Source: Candidatus Omnitrophota bacterium
GTDB taxonomy: Bacteria; Omnitrophota; Gorgyraeia; JABMRG01; JAFGKX01
Assembly: GCA_043797125.1 (NCBI GenBank)
Contig: JAZDPX010000045.1
Coordinates: forward strand, 72,338-136,337
Direction of reading: 5' to 3'
DNA length: 64,000 bases
Below, one piece after another: positions 26,478 to 38,322 of the stretch. The notes beneath the pieces were generated by a model that was not told where the DNA came from, made no database searches, and worked only from the letters and a program-made list of their open reading frames with translations. The first letter of the stretch is position 1. Every line of letters starts with the position of its first letter. Both the position numbers and the translations under genes were made by a program.

Positions 26478-26567
26478 ATCTTTTACTTTTTAAAACATTT
26501 AATTAGTAGATGCAAAAATAGAGGGCTTTTACACCCCTTCCCCTTTTCATTGCCTTTATGTGTTATA

Positions 26568-26596
26568 ATTATACACTACAATAGGCTATTTGTCAA
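26568..26596 (-). promoter_or_regulatory. Perfect sigma70 promoter for the giant gene
   Basis: TTGACA (26596-26591), 17 bp, TATAAT (26573-26568) on the minus strand, about 90 bp upstream of ATG 26477. Confidence 0.85.
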
Positions 26597-26782
26597 GAGG
26601 TTATGGCAATGTTTGCCTGATAAATCAGGCAACTACATTGTTTTGGTTTATAACAAGAAAGCGAGATGGTGGGAAATGTTGCGTATCTTGCCGAAGCAAC
26701 TATGCCAAGTGAAGCTTTTGCTTATAATCTGATGGCTGTGCCACGAACCCGAGCCTTAGCTTTTCTTGCGGCGAGTGGTTCG

Positions 26783-26860
26783 TGGCGTCCCCAACCGGAT
26801 TCGAACCGGTGTCGAGGGCTTGAAAAGCCCTTGTCCTAGGCCAGGCTAGACGATGGGGAC
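26783..26860 (-). tRNA. tRNA-Glu (TTC)
   Basis: Cloverleaf GTCCCCA...anticodon arm AGGGC-TTTTCAA-GCCCT...GGTTCGAATCC...TGGGGAC-G-CCA. Confidence 0.97.
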
Positions 26861-26865
26861 GCGGA

Positions 26866-26900
26866 AAAGTTCAAAATTCAAAATGTAAAATTCAAAATTC
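26866..26900 (+). repeat. Heptamer array (AAAATTC-like x5)
   Basis: aaagttc aaaattc aaaatgt aaaattc aaaattc between the gyrA stop and tRNA-Glu. Confidence 0.8.
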
Positions 26901-26904
26901 TTCT

Positions 26905-29334
26905 TTACTCTTCTTCTGCAAAGACGCTGGCGACCGCAGAGACGGTGTCGTTTCCTTTAAGCGATATTGCCCTTACTCCTTGCGTGGAGCGGCCTGTTGT
27001 TCTTATGTCTTTTACGGGGGTGCGCACTATCATGCCTTGCTGCGTAATTATCATAATTTCGTCGCCGTCTTTTACGCTTTTAATCGCGACAACAGGGCCG
27101 TTTTTAGCGGAAATTTTTAAATTTATAATGCCTTTGCCGCCCCTGCTTTGTGTCCTGTATTCTGAAAGCTCGCTTCTTTTCCCGAAGCCTTTTTTGGTCA
27201 CTGTCAGAAGGGTCGCGTCTGTTCTTACAACCTCCATGCCCACAACAGAATCCTTTGGCCCCAGCTTAATACCTCTTACTCCCCGCGCCGCCCTGCCCAT
27301 TTCTCTTATGTTTGTTTCTTTAAAGCGCAGGCTTTTGCCTGCCTCGGAAGCAAGAACAACTTCTTCTTTGCCGTCCGTTAAAAGCACGCGCTCCAGGATA
27401 TCGTCCTTGTCAAGGCCAATAGCTATTATACCTGCCTTGCGCGGGTTAGCAAACACTGACAGGTTCACCCTTTTCACGTTGCCCTTTTTTGTGACCATCA
27501 TAAGAAAGCGCTTGTCATCGAATTCCTTTACCGGCACAAACGTTGTTATGTTTTCTCCCTTTTCAAGCTGCACAAGATTCACTATCGCCTTGCCCCTTGT
27601 TGTTCTGCCTGCCTGCGGTATCTCGTGGACCTTAAGCCAATACGCCTTGCCTTTGTCCGTAAAAAATAATATGTATTCATGCGTTGACGCTATAAACAGG
27701 TGCTCTATAAAATCTTCGTCCTTTAGCGCCGCTCCAGCTATACCCTTGCCGCCCCTGTTTTGTTTTCTGTATGAGCTGACAGGCAGCCTTTTTATATATC
27801 CGGAGTGGCTTATTGTAATCACAACGTCCTCTTCCTTGATCAGATCTTCTATCTCAAGGTCTTCCGGCGCTGCGACAATATCTGTCCTTCTTTCGTCCGC
27901 GTATTTTTCTTTAATCGCGAGGATTTCTTCTCTTATAATAGCCAGCACCTTTTTCTCGCTCTTTAAAATAGACTGGTAATATTCTATCTTTTTGATAAGT
28001 TCAAGATACTCCGCCTCTATCTTGGAGCGCTCCAGTGCGGTAAGCCGCTGTAACTGCATCTCCAATATTGCCTGCGCCTGCTTATCGGACAAATCAAAGT
28101 TTTCCATCAGGGCAATTTTTGCCTCCGGCGTGCTTTTCGAGGCCCTGATTGTTTTAATAATTTTCTCTATGTGGTCAAGCGCGATTTTTAAGCCTTCAAG
28201 TATGTGCGCCCTTGCCTGCGCTTTTGCCAATTCAAATTTTGTTCGTCTTGTTACCACTTCTTTTCTGTGGTCGATGTAAACATCTATTGCCTGGCGAAGG
28301 TTCAGCATTTTGGGCTGGTTTTTAACTAAGGCCAGCATAATAACGCCAAAGGTTTCCGCAAGCTGTGTGTGTTTGTAAAGCTGGTTCAGTATAAGCTGCG
28401 CCGGGTAGTCGCGTTTTATGTCCACCACTATGCGCATGCCGTCTTTGTCGGATTCGTCTCTTACGTCTGAAATGCCTTCTACTTTTTTCTCTTCTGCAAG
28501 CTCTGCTATGGCTGCGATGATGTTCGCTTTGTTGGTCTGGTATGGGATCTCTGTTACTATTATGGATTCCTTACCGCCTTTTTGCGTCTCAATATTCGCC
28601 TTGGCGTGCAATTTAAGCGAACCCCTTCCCGTAAGGTATGCGTCCTTTATCCCGTCTCTGCCGCATATCAGTGCGCCTGTCGGGAAATCCGGGCCTTTGA
28701 TAATTTTCATAAGGTCCTTTATTTCAACGCCGGGTTCGTCAATAACCTTTACAACGCCGTCAACAACCTCGCCCAAGTTGTGCGGCGGGACGTTTGTGGC
28801 CATGCCCACAGCAATGCCGCTTGAGCCGTTTATTAAAAGGTTGGGAAGCACAGAGGGAAGAACTGTCGGTTCCTGCATGGTATCGTCAAAGTTGGGCACA
28901 AAATCTACGGTCTCTTTGTCTATGTCCTGCAAGGTTTCTTCGGCAATAGCCGCCATGCGCGCCTCTGTATATCTCATGGCCGCCGGCGAGTCTCCGTCGA
29001 CCGATCCAAAATTCCCCTGTCCGTCAACTAACGGATATCGCAGCGAGAAATCCTGCACCATCCTTACAAGCGCGTCATAAACCGACATATCTCCGTGCGG
29101 GTGGTAGCGGCCGAGGCAGTCTCCGACTATTCTCGCGCACTTTTTGTAGGGCTTGCTGTGCTGCAGAGACAAATCATTCATTGTAAATAAAATGCGCCTG
29201 TGTACGGGTTTTAGCCCGTCGCGGGCATCCGGCAAAGCCCTGCCCACAATAACGCTCATCGCGTATGTAATATAAGAATCTTTTATTTCCTCTTCAATCC
29301 GCCTTGGTTCTATGCGTTCGTTTTTTGTGTACAT
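26905..29334 (-). CDS. gyrA: DNA gyrase subunit A
   Basis: ALPDARDGLKPVHRR, YHPHGD, AAMRYTE, GyrA box QNRGGKG. Confidence 0.98.
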   Translation of the reverse strand: MYTKNERIEPRRIEEEIKDSYITYAMSVIVGRALPDARDGLKPVHRRILFTMNDLSLQHSKPYKKCARIVGDCLGRYHPHGDMSVYDALVRMVQDFSLRYPLVDGQGNFGSVDGDSPAAMRYTEARMAAIAEETLQDIDKETVDFVPNFDDTMQEPTVLPSVLPNLLINGSSGIAVGMATNVPPHNLGEVVDGVVKVIDEPGVEIKDLMKIIKGPDFPTGALICGRDGIKDAYLTGRGSLKLHAKANIETQKGGKESIIVTEIPYQTNKANIIAAIAELAEEKKVEGISDVRDESDKDGMRIVVDIKRDYPAQLILNQLYKHTQLAETFGVIMLALVKNQPKMLNLRQAIDVYIDHRKEVVTRRTKFELAKAQARAHILEGLKIALDHIEKIIKTIRASKSTPEAKIALMENFDLSDKQAQAILEMQLQRLTALERSKIEAEYLELIKKIEYYQSILKSEKKVLAIIREEILAIKEKYADERRTDIVAAPEDLEIEDLIKEEDVVITISHSGYIKRLPVSSYRKQNRGGKGIAGAALKDEDFIEHLFIASTHEYILFFTDKGKAYWLKVHEIPQAGRTTRGKAIVNLVQLEKGENITTFVPVKEFDDKRFLMMVTKKGNVKRVNLSVFANPRKAGIIAIGLDKDDILERVLLTDGKEEVVLASEAGKSLRFKETNIREMGRAARGVRGIKLGPKDSVVGMEVVRTDATLLTVTKKGFGKRSELSEYRTQSRGGKGIINLKISAKNGPVVAIKSVKDGDEIMIITQQGMIVRTPVKDIRTTGRSTQGVRAISLKGNDTVSAVASVFAEEE

Positions 29335-29353
29335 TTTCTATGCATCCTGTCTT

Positions 29354-31957
<2,604 letters not shown>

Positions 31958-31964
<7 letters not shown>

Positions 31965-32272
31965 TTTTCTACTTCCCCGGCCCTGAACCGTATTTTTTTA
32001 ATCTTGTCGCTTTTTAATAGCGCTGCCATGTTTTTGATCAGCTCGCTTTCTTTTGTGCGCAGTTGGTATATCCACATTGTGCTGTCCACATTTATCACAA
32101 GGTCGTTGTTTCTTATAAGCGCTGGGCTGCTATGTTTTGCCGCCTGCTCACCTGCGGCCTTGCGCCAGGCGTCATATATGTCATATTTGCCGGTGTTCGC
32201 TGTCTTGTCTATGCCGCCTATCACTTCCTTTACAGCGTCACTTATATGCGATGGTTTCTTATACTGCCTCAT
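31958..32272 (-). CDS. dciA: DUF721 / DciA-family helicase-loader-like protein
   Basis: Lies between dnaN and gyrB; W..AAGE..A.HS.P....LVINVDSTMW..QL...L......IKKIRF pattern. Confidence 0.8.
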
Positions 32273-32276
32273 GTCT

Positions 32277-33374
32277 TCATGCTATCTGCATAGGCAAAAC
32301 AACGTACAAATAATCCTCTTGGTCTTTTACCATGGCCGGCTTTTCCGCTCCCTGGAACTCTATGTTAAGCTCGTCCTGCTTTATGTTCTTTAGCCCCTCT
32401 AAAAGGTAGGTCGGGTTAAACCCTATGAAAAATTCTGCCCCCACATAACTACACCCCAGCTCTTCTTTTGCTTCGCCTATGTTTGGTGCAATCTTCGAGA
32501 CAACAACCTTGTCCTTAAAAACATCCAGCCTGATGGCCTGGGAATCCGGGGTGGTTAACAGCGCGGCCCTTTTTATGGCCAGCAAAAACTTTTCTTTCTC
32601 TATCGTTAATATGTCTTTATATTGCTTTGGTATTGCCTGCTCGTAGTTTGGAAACTCGCCCTCTATCAGCCTTGATATTATCCTTGTTTCGTTAATATTA
32701 AACATGGCCTGGTTTTCGTCGAAAGAAATGGTTGCTTGGCCCTCTGTTCCCAACATTTTGCTTATCTCTTGTATTGTTTTTGACGGCACAACCACTTTTA
32801 TGTTCAGGCCCTTTGGCAGCGGTGTTTGTTTTTTAATAATTGCCAGCCTTCTTCCGTCTGTGGCAACCATGGTTGTTGTGTCGTTGTTCAATATAAACAG
32901 TATTCCGTTTAAAATATACCTTGTTTCGTCGCGGCTGGTCGCAAACACCGTTCTTGCCAACATCTCTTTTAGGGTGTTTTGTGGGATTGTGAGTTTGTTT
33001 TTGTTTGTGTGTGTTGGTAGTTTAGGAAACTCTTCTTTTGGTATCCCGATTATTTTAAAAAATGTGTTTTTGCACTCTATATTAATTGTGTTGTTCTTTT
33101 TTGTTGTAATTTTTACCTCGTCTTCGGGCAGCTCTTTTATAATGTCTGTGAATTTCTTTGCCGGTATTGTAATGGCGCCGTCCTCTATTACCTCTGTTTT
33201 TATTGCCTCTGTGATGCCTATGTCAAGGTCTGTGGCGATTAATTCCAAAAACCCACCTTCTTTTGTTTGTATTAATATGTTTGATAGTATTGGTAGTGTG
33301 TTTTTTTGTGTTACCACTCCAATCACCCGTTGCAATCCCCCAAGCAAATCTTGCTTATTCACTTTTATTATCAT
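32277..33374 (-). CDS. dnaN: DNA polymerase III beta clamp
   Basis: TLPILSNILI, ATDL, ETRYILNG, VATDGRRL, SRLIEGEFPNY, VVLPM. Confidence 0.98.
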   Translation of the reverse strand: MIIKVNKQDLLGGLQRVIGVVTQKNTLPILSNILIQTKEGGFLELIATDLDIGITEAIKTEVIEDGAITIPAKKFTDIIKELPEDEVKITTKKNNTINIECKNTFFKIIGIPKEEFPKLPTHTNKNKLTIPQNTLKEMLARTVFATSRDETRYILNGILFILNNDTTTMVATDGRRLAIIKKQTPLPKGLNIKVVVPSKTIQEISKMLGTEGQATISFDENQAMFNINETRIISRLIEGEFPNYEQAIPKQYKDILTIEKEKFLLAIKRAALLTTPDSQAIRLDVFKDKVVVSKIAPNIGEAKEELGCSYVGAEFFIGFNPTYLLEGLKNIKQDELNIEFQGAEKPAMVKDQEDYLYVVLPMQIA

Positions 33375-33377
33375 GTC

Positions 33378-33490
33378 ATCTCCCCTACTATTAAGTTATA
33401 TATAATATAAATCTAGTAGTACTATTAATAAAGCGTGTGTATATGTGGATATCTTGGTAACTATTTGTTGTTTTTAATGTTATACACAAT
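33378..33490 (-). promoter_or_regulatory. oriC unwinding region (DnaA boxes, DnaA-trio-like repeats, AT-rich DUE) between dnaA and dnaN
   Basis: Minus strand: tandem imperfect boxes ATATCCACA and ATATACACA followed by tattaatagtactactag and an AT-rich run; TTATACACA at 33480-33488. Gene orientation and strand composition switch near here. Confidence 0.8.
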
Positions 33491-34810
33491 TTTATCTATG
33501 GATTCTTTTATGTTTTTGTTGTTTATGACCTCTTTTTTTATTTTTTCGTGCGCGTGCAGTATTGTGGTGTGGTCTTTTCCGCCAAACAGGTTTCCTATCT
33601 CTGGGAACGAGTTATCGGTCAGCTCTCTAGATAAATACATGGCGACCTGGCGCGGAAGCGCGACGCTTTTTGTTCTTCTTTTACTTTTTATCTCCGCCAC
33701 GCTTATATTAAAATACTCAGACACAGCCTTTTGTATGGATTTAATAGATATTTCCTTGTTTTCTTCTGCCGCAACCTCTTTTAAAACCTCCTTGGTCATA
33801 TCCAGATCTATGGTTTTGCCTATCAAAGAAGAAAACGCGACAACCCTTATTAGGGCCCCCTCCAATTCTCGTATGTTTGTCTTAACTTTTTCCGCAACAT
33901 AAACAACAACGTCGTCAGGCACGCTTATAATCTCTTTTTCGGATTTTTTCTTTAAAATAGCCACCCTTGTTTCAAAGTCAGGCGCCTGTATATCCGTAAC
34001 AAGGCCCCACTCAAAACGCGAAACCAGCCTTTTTTCCAAAGAAAGGATCTCTTTGGGTGGGCGGTCGCTCGACACAACAATTTGTTTGTGCGCATCGTAC
34101 AGGGTGTTGAATGTGTGAAAAAACTCTTCCTGGGTGGCTTCCTTGCCGGCAATAAAGTGTATATCGTCTATTAAGAGAACATCCTGCTCGCGGTATTGTT
34201 CGCGGAATTTTAACATGGTCCTGTTTTGCAGCGCGCTAATCAGCTGGTTTGTGAATTTTTCGCTGGATATGTATGTAACCTTAAGCCGGGGGAGATTTTT
34301 AATTATATGTTGTCCAATTGCCTGCATAAGGTGGGTTTTTCCAAGCCCTACCCCGCCGTAAATAAACAACGGGTTATATGACTTTGCCGGCGATTCTGCC
34401 ACAGCCATAGACGCGGCATGCGCAAAGCGGTTGCTAGGCCCAACCACAAACTCCTCAAAGGAATACCTGGCGTTAAAACGCACTCCTGGCTGGATAAGGC
34501 GCTCAAAAGGCTTGGTAAAAAAACCAAGGCCCCTTTTCTCCTTTTGTTTTGCGTCGTCACTAACAGCGCCCCCCTTAGCAATGGTTATCTCGAAGTCAAG
34601 GGGCCCGCCGGCCGCACTCGTTACGGCCTTTTTAATGACCTCGCTATAATGCTCAGAAAGCCATGTTTTAAAAAACGCGTTGGGCGCCTCAATAATAAGC
34701 CTCCCGTCCGCAAGAGAAACCTGCTTTATGGGCAAAAACCACGTTTCATAGCCCTGCGGGCTTACTTCCTGCTTTATCTGCTTTAAGGCGCCGTCCCAAA
34801 GGTTTTCCAC
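33461..34810 (-). CDS. dnaA: Chromosomal replication initiator DnaA (GTG start)
   Basis: YNPLFIYGGVGLGKTHL, LLIDDIHF, QEEFFHTFN, NIRELEGAL, GGKDHTT. Confidence 0.99.
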   Translation of the reverse strand: MENLWDGALKQIKQEVSPQGYETWFLPIKQVSLADGRLIIEAPNAFFKTWLSEHYSEVIKKAVTSAAGGPLDFEITIAKGGAVSDDAKQKEKRGLGFFTKPFERLIQPGVRFNARYSFEEFVVGPSNRFAHAASMAVAESPAKSYNPLFIYGGVGLGKTHLMQAIGQHIIKNLPRLKVTYISSEKFTNQLISALQNRTMLKFREQYREQDVLLIDDIHFIAGKEATQEEFFHTFNTLYDAHKQIVVSSDRPPKEILSLEKRLVSRFEWGLVTDIQAPDFETRVAILKKKSEKEIISVPDDVVVYVAEKVKTNIRELEGALIRVVAFSSLIGKTIDLDMTKEVLKEVAAEENKEISIKSIQKAVSEYFNISVAEIKSKRRTKSVALPRQVAMYLSRELTDNSFPEIGNLFGGKDHTTILHAHEKIKKEVINNKNIKESIDKIVYNIKNNK

Positions 34811-34828
34811 TTACACACCCCTTTTTAG

Positions 34829-34848
34829 CTATTCACAACTTATCCACA
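34829..34848 (+). promoter_or_regulatory. DnaA boxes upstream of dnaA
   Basis: CTATTCACA (34829-34837) and perfect TTATCCACA (34840-34848). Confidence 0.85.
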
Positions 34849-34891
34849 GCAATATTTAAGCGCGCGGACACGCGTAATTAACGCGGGGCAT

Positions 34892-34984
34892 ATTATAACA
34901 GAACAAAAATTCTTTTTCAAGCAAAATTTTCCGACGGAAAAATTAAAAATTTTTCCTTGACTGGGGAGTTTTATGTGTTATACT
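34892..34984. promoter_or_regulatory. Divergent sigma70 promoters for dnaA and rpmH
   Basis: Minus: TTGAAA (34920-34915), 17 bp, TATAAT (34897-34892). Plus: TTGACT (34957-34962), 16 bp, TATACT (34979-34984). Confidence 0.65.
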
Positions 34985-35012
34985 CGTATAACCGCACAAC
35001 AAAGGGTGTAAA

Positions 35013-35150
35013 ATGAAAAAAAATCTAACATTAAAATCTAACCGGAAAAGAAAATATAAACACGGGTTCAGAAGAAGAATGTCCACCAAAACAGGAAGGC
35101 GTGTCCTGGCAAGGCGCAGACAAAAAGGGCGCAAAATCCTGTCTGTATAA
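35013..35150 (+). CDS. rpmH: 50S ribosomal protein L34 (too short for the ORF track)
   Basis: [45 protein letters not shown]. Confidence 0.95.
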   Translation: MKKNLTLKSNRKRKYKHGFRRRMSTKTGRRVLARRRQKGRKILSV

Positions 35151-35182
35151 AACAAGCCCGCACAAACCCGCCGGCAAAACAG

Positions 35183-35392
35183 GTGAAAAATCTTTTAATC
35201 TGCGCAATAAAGTTTTATCGTTGTTGTCTGCGGACACACTTGGCCCCTGCGTGTAAATACCACCCGACGTGTTCCGAATACGCAATTGAAGCCATAAAAA
35301 CAAAAGGAGCCCTGCGGGGCTGTGCCATTGCAGCGTGGCGGCTTTTAAGATGCAATCCGTTTTCAAAAGGAGGCTATGATCCTGTAGGATAA
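35183..35392 (+). CDS. yidD: Membrane protein insertion efficiency factor YidD
   Basis: CKYHPTCSEYA...RLLRCNPFSKGGYDPV. Confidence 0.95.
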   Translation: MKNLLICAIKFYRCCLRTHLAPACKYHPTCSEYAIEAIKTKGALRGCAIAAWRLLRCNPFSKGGYDPVG

Positions 35393-35396
35393 AATT

Positions 35397-37013
35397 ATGG
35401 ATTCTCAAAGCAGGCTTTTAATAGCAGTAGCGCTTTCAGTGGCTGTGCTTGTTATTTACCAGGCAAAGCACCAGCCCGCTAACCGTATCACAACCGTATC
35501 ACAGCAGCAAAAGGCAGATACGGTTTCTGCTTCTGCAAACGAAACAATCGGCGGCTCAGACACACTAAAACAAGCAAGGCCCGGCACAACAGACTCGATT
35601 GAAAACCAAGCGCTCAAGATCGAGTTAACCAGCGACGGCGCCAGAATTAGGCAGATATGGCTAAAAAATTATAAAGACACAAAAACAAACGAACCAACGC
35701 AAATGCTTGACAGCAGGATTACAGACGCGTTGTTTACCGGGCCGCTATTGACAGAAGACATGTTTTTGCAGCAGGACAAGGCACAGCAGTGGGAAGTTGC
35801 AGAAAAAAGGACAGATTACATAAAATACACGTTTGGCGGGAGAGAAGGCGTTGTCGCTGCAAAAGAGATTTTTTTCCACAACACAAACTATGGCATAGCG
35901 TTACGGCTTAGCATCGCAAACAAGGCAGATATCTCCACCCCAGTAAAATATAAAATTTTGGGAGGTTCAGGTTTTTTAATTAAACAAGCAGGAGATGCAA
36001 ATTTTCTTGGCGCAGATATTAAAATCGGGCAGGATGCAATGAGGCTAAACCCGAGAAAATATCTTAATGATAAGCCTGCCATTTTTTATAATAGCCCGAC
36101 ATGGATATCAATGCGAGGCAGATATTTTTCATTGGCGCTCGAACCAAAACAGCAGGAGCAGGCGTGCTTTATTGAAAAGGAAGACGACAAACACGCGCGA
36201 ATGGGCATCGTTGTGGGCCCGACCACGCTTAAGCCAGGAGAAACGGTTACAAACGAATTTGTATTATATGCTGGTCCAAACGACACAGACCAGATAAAGA
36301 AGGTTTCTGCTAACATGGAAGATGTAATCACATATGGTAAGCTAACCCCAATCAGCATGATGCTGCTTAAGCTGTTACGGTTTTTTAATGGTGTTGTCAA
36401 TAATTATGGGTTGTCTATAATTATGCTGGTTGCGTTGACAAGCCTTGTGCTTTTCCCGCTGACAGGCAAAGGCCTAAGATCAATGAAGGAAATGCAGCAG
36501 CTGCAACCGGAAATAGAAGAGCTGAGAAAAGAGCATAAAAACAACCCCCAAAAACTGCAAAAGGAAATGATGGAGTTATATAAAAAGCACAAGATAAACC
36601 CGCTGGGGGGATGCCTGCCTATGTTTTTGCAGATGCCCGTGTTTATAGCCTTGTATCAGGTTTTAATGCGGTCTGTAGAGTTAAAAGGGGCAAGGTTTTT
36701 GTGGATTAAGGACCTATCAGAGCCGGACGCGGCTTTTAAGCTGCCGACAGCCATACCATTGCTGGGGCAATACATTAACATCTTGCCGCTATTAATGATC
36801 GGGGCTATGTTTTTGCAGCAGAAGATATCCCAGCCAAAAACAGGGCAAACAGAGCAACAAAAAATGATGGCTGTTATGATGCCGCTTATGTTTGGAATTA
36901 TGTTTTATAACCTGCCATCAGGCCTTGTGTTGTACTGGCTTACAAACACGGTTATAATGGTGTTTTTGCAGGAATTTGCATTAAAATCAACACCCTCGAC
37001 GAGCCACGCATAA
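35397..37013 (+). CDS. yidC: Membrane protein insertase YidC
   Basis: NYGLSII, SMKEMQQLQPEI, NPLGGCLP, FLWIKDLS.PD, LPSGLVLYW. Confidence 0.97.
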   Translation: MDSQSRLLIAVALSVAVLVIYQAKHQPANRITTVSQQQKADTVSASANETIGGSDTLKQARPGTTDSIENQALKIELTSDGARIRQIWLKNYKDTKTNEPTQMLDSRITDALFTGPLLTEDMFLQQDKAQQWEVAEKRTDYIKYTFGGREGVVAAKEIFFHNTNYGIALRLSIANKADISTPVKYKILGGSGFLIKQAGDANFLGADIKIGQDAMRLNPRKYLNDKPAIFYNSPTWISMRGRYFSLALEPKQQEQACFIEKEDDKHARMGIVVGPTTLKPGETVTNEFVLYAGPNDTDQIKKVSANMEDVITYGKLTPISMMLLKLLRFFNGVVNNYGLSIIMLVALTSLVLFPLTGKGLRSMKEMQQLQPEIEELRKEHKNNPQKLQKEMMELYKKHKINPLGGCLPMFLQMPVFIALYQVLMRSVELKGARFLWIKDLSEPDAAFKLPTAIPLLGQYINILPLLMIGAMFLQQKISQPKTGQTEQQKMMAVMMPLMFGIMFYNLPSGLVLYWLTNTVIMVFLQEFALKSTPSTSHA

Positions 37014-37041
37014 GCCAGTTTCACGAAACACGAACAAAAAT

Positions 37042-37248
37042 ATGAAGAAACACGAACAAGTTGAAACAGAAGCAAAAACAGTTGCGGAAGCCATAAAAAA
37101 GGCCCTCAAGATTTTAGGCGCAAGCAGGGATAGTGTTGACATTAAAATCCTGGCAGAGGGGGAAAGAGGGCTTTTTAATATGGAAGGTGCAAAGCCAGCC
37201 AGAATACGTGCCACGCTTAAAGACAAGCGCAGAAACAAACAAGATTAA
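37042..37248 (+). CDS. jag: Jag (KhpB/EloR) N-terminal domain only
   Basis: VETEAKTVAEAIKKALKILG.....VDIKIL.EG.RGLF......ARIR directly after yidC; KH and R3H domains absent. Confidence 0.8.
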   Translation: MKKHEQVETEAKTVAEAIKKALKILGASRDSVDIKILAEGERGLFNMEGAKPARIRATLKDKRRNKQD

Positions 37249-37261
37249 TGCGCGTGTTAGA

Positions 37262-37378
37262 ATACCAGAACATCAGAAAACCAGAGCGAGAACATCAGAA
37301 CATCAGAAGAACAGATAAATTCTAATAATCTGGTAATCTGATAATCCAGCTCCGATAATCTGATTATCAGATGCTCTA
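37262..37378. repeat. Inverted octamer arrays (ATCAGAAC-like, then TCTGATAA-like)
   Basis: accagaac atcagaaa accagagc...atcagaac atcagaag, then tctaataa tctggtaa tctgataa...tccgataa tctgatta. Confidence 0.8.
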
Positions 37379-37472
37379 TCTTCAGCATAAATACCATTAA
37401 GCACAAGGTGCACCTGTTGCAAAATGTTCTTGACACTTAATCTTATATGTGTTAATTTACTATATATATTAG

Positions 37473-38321
37473 ATGCGGCCTATGAAAATAATTTCAATAT
37501 GTAATCAAAAGGGCGGGGTTGGAAAAACAACTACCGCAATTAATCTTGCTGCATATTTAGCACAAGCCGGGTATAAGGTTCTGTTGATAGACTTAGATCC
37601 CCAGTCAAACACTACAAGTGGGTTGGGCATAACAAAAGAGAGCCTATCAAAGACAATATACAATGCGCTATTAGAACAAGCCTCGTTAGACGAAATAGTT
37701 ATTCCTACAAAAATCAACAACCTGTTTATCGCTCCATCCAACCTACAACTTACAGGAGCCCACGTCGAGTTAATAAACACAATTGGCAGAGAGTTTAAGC
37801 TTAAACAGTCCGTAGAACTAACGCAGAAACAATTTGACTATGTTTTTGTAGATTGCCCGCCGAGCCTAGGAATCCTGACTATAAACGCTTTGGTTGCGTC
37901 TAACAGCGCCCTGATACCGCTGCAGTGCGAATACTATGCAATGGAAGGATTAAGCCAGCTTCTTAGCACCATTGAGCTGGTAAGAAAAAATTTAAATCCC
38001 GGCCTGACAATAGAAGGTGTGTTGCTCACAATGGCAGATTATAGAACAAGGCTAACAACAGAAGTAATTGATGAGGCCAAGAAATTTTTGCAGGACAAGG
38101 TTTATACAGCCATAATCCCGCGGTCAATTAAACTTAGCGAAGCCCCGGGGTACGGGGAGCCTGCGATGACGTACGATAAAAGTTCACAGGGAGCGCTGTC
38201 ATACAAACAGCTGGCAGAGGAATTTATTTCTCGTAACCCTAACACCTACAAAGAGTTACAGCAAATTAATCTGCCAGAAACACAGCCGACAGCATCTGCT
38301 GTAGAAGCGCAAGGAGAATAA
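37473..38321 (+). CDS. parA: Chromosome partitioning ATPase ParA/Soj
   Basis: NQKGGVGKTTT, IDLDPQ, DCPPSLG, QCEYYAMEGL; TTGACA at 37430. Confidence 0.97.
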   Translation: MRPMKIISICNQKGGVGKTTTAINLAAYLAQAGYKVLLIDLDPQSNTTSGLGITKESLSKTIYNALLEQASLDEIVIPTKINNLFIAPSNLQLTGAHVELINTIGREFKLKQSVELTQKQFDYVFVDCPPSLGILTINALVASNSALIPLQCEYYAMEGLSQLLSTIELVRKNLNPGLTIEGVLLTMADYRTRLTTEVIDEAKKFLQDKVYTAIIPRSIKLSEAPGYGEPAMTYDKSSQGALSYKQLAEEFISRNPNTYKELQQINLPETQPTASAVEAQGE

Positions 38322-38322
38322 A

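Noticed and set aside
37018-37030. parS-like GTTTCACGAAACA near parAB
   Set aside because: Lacks two central bases of the 16-bp TGTTTCACGTGAAACA palindrome.
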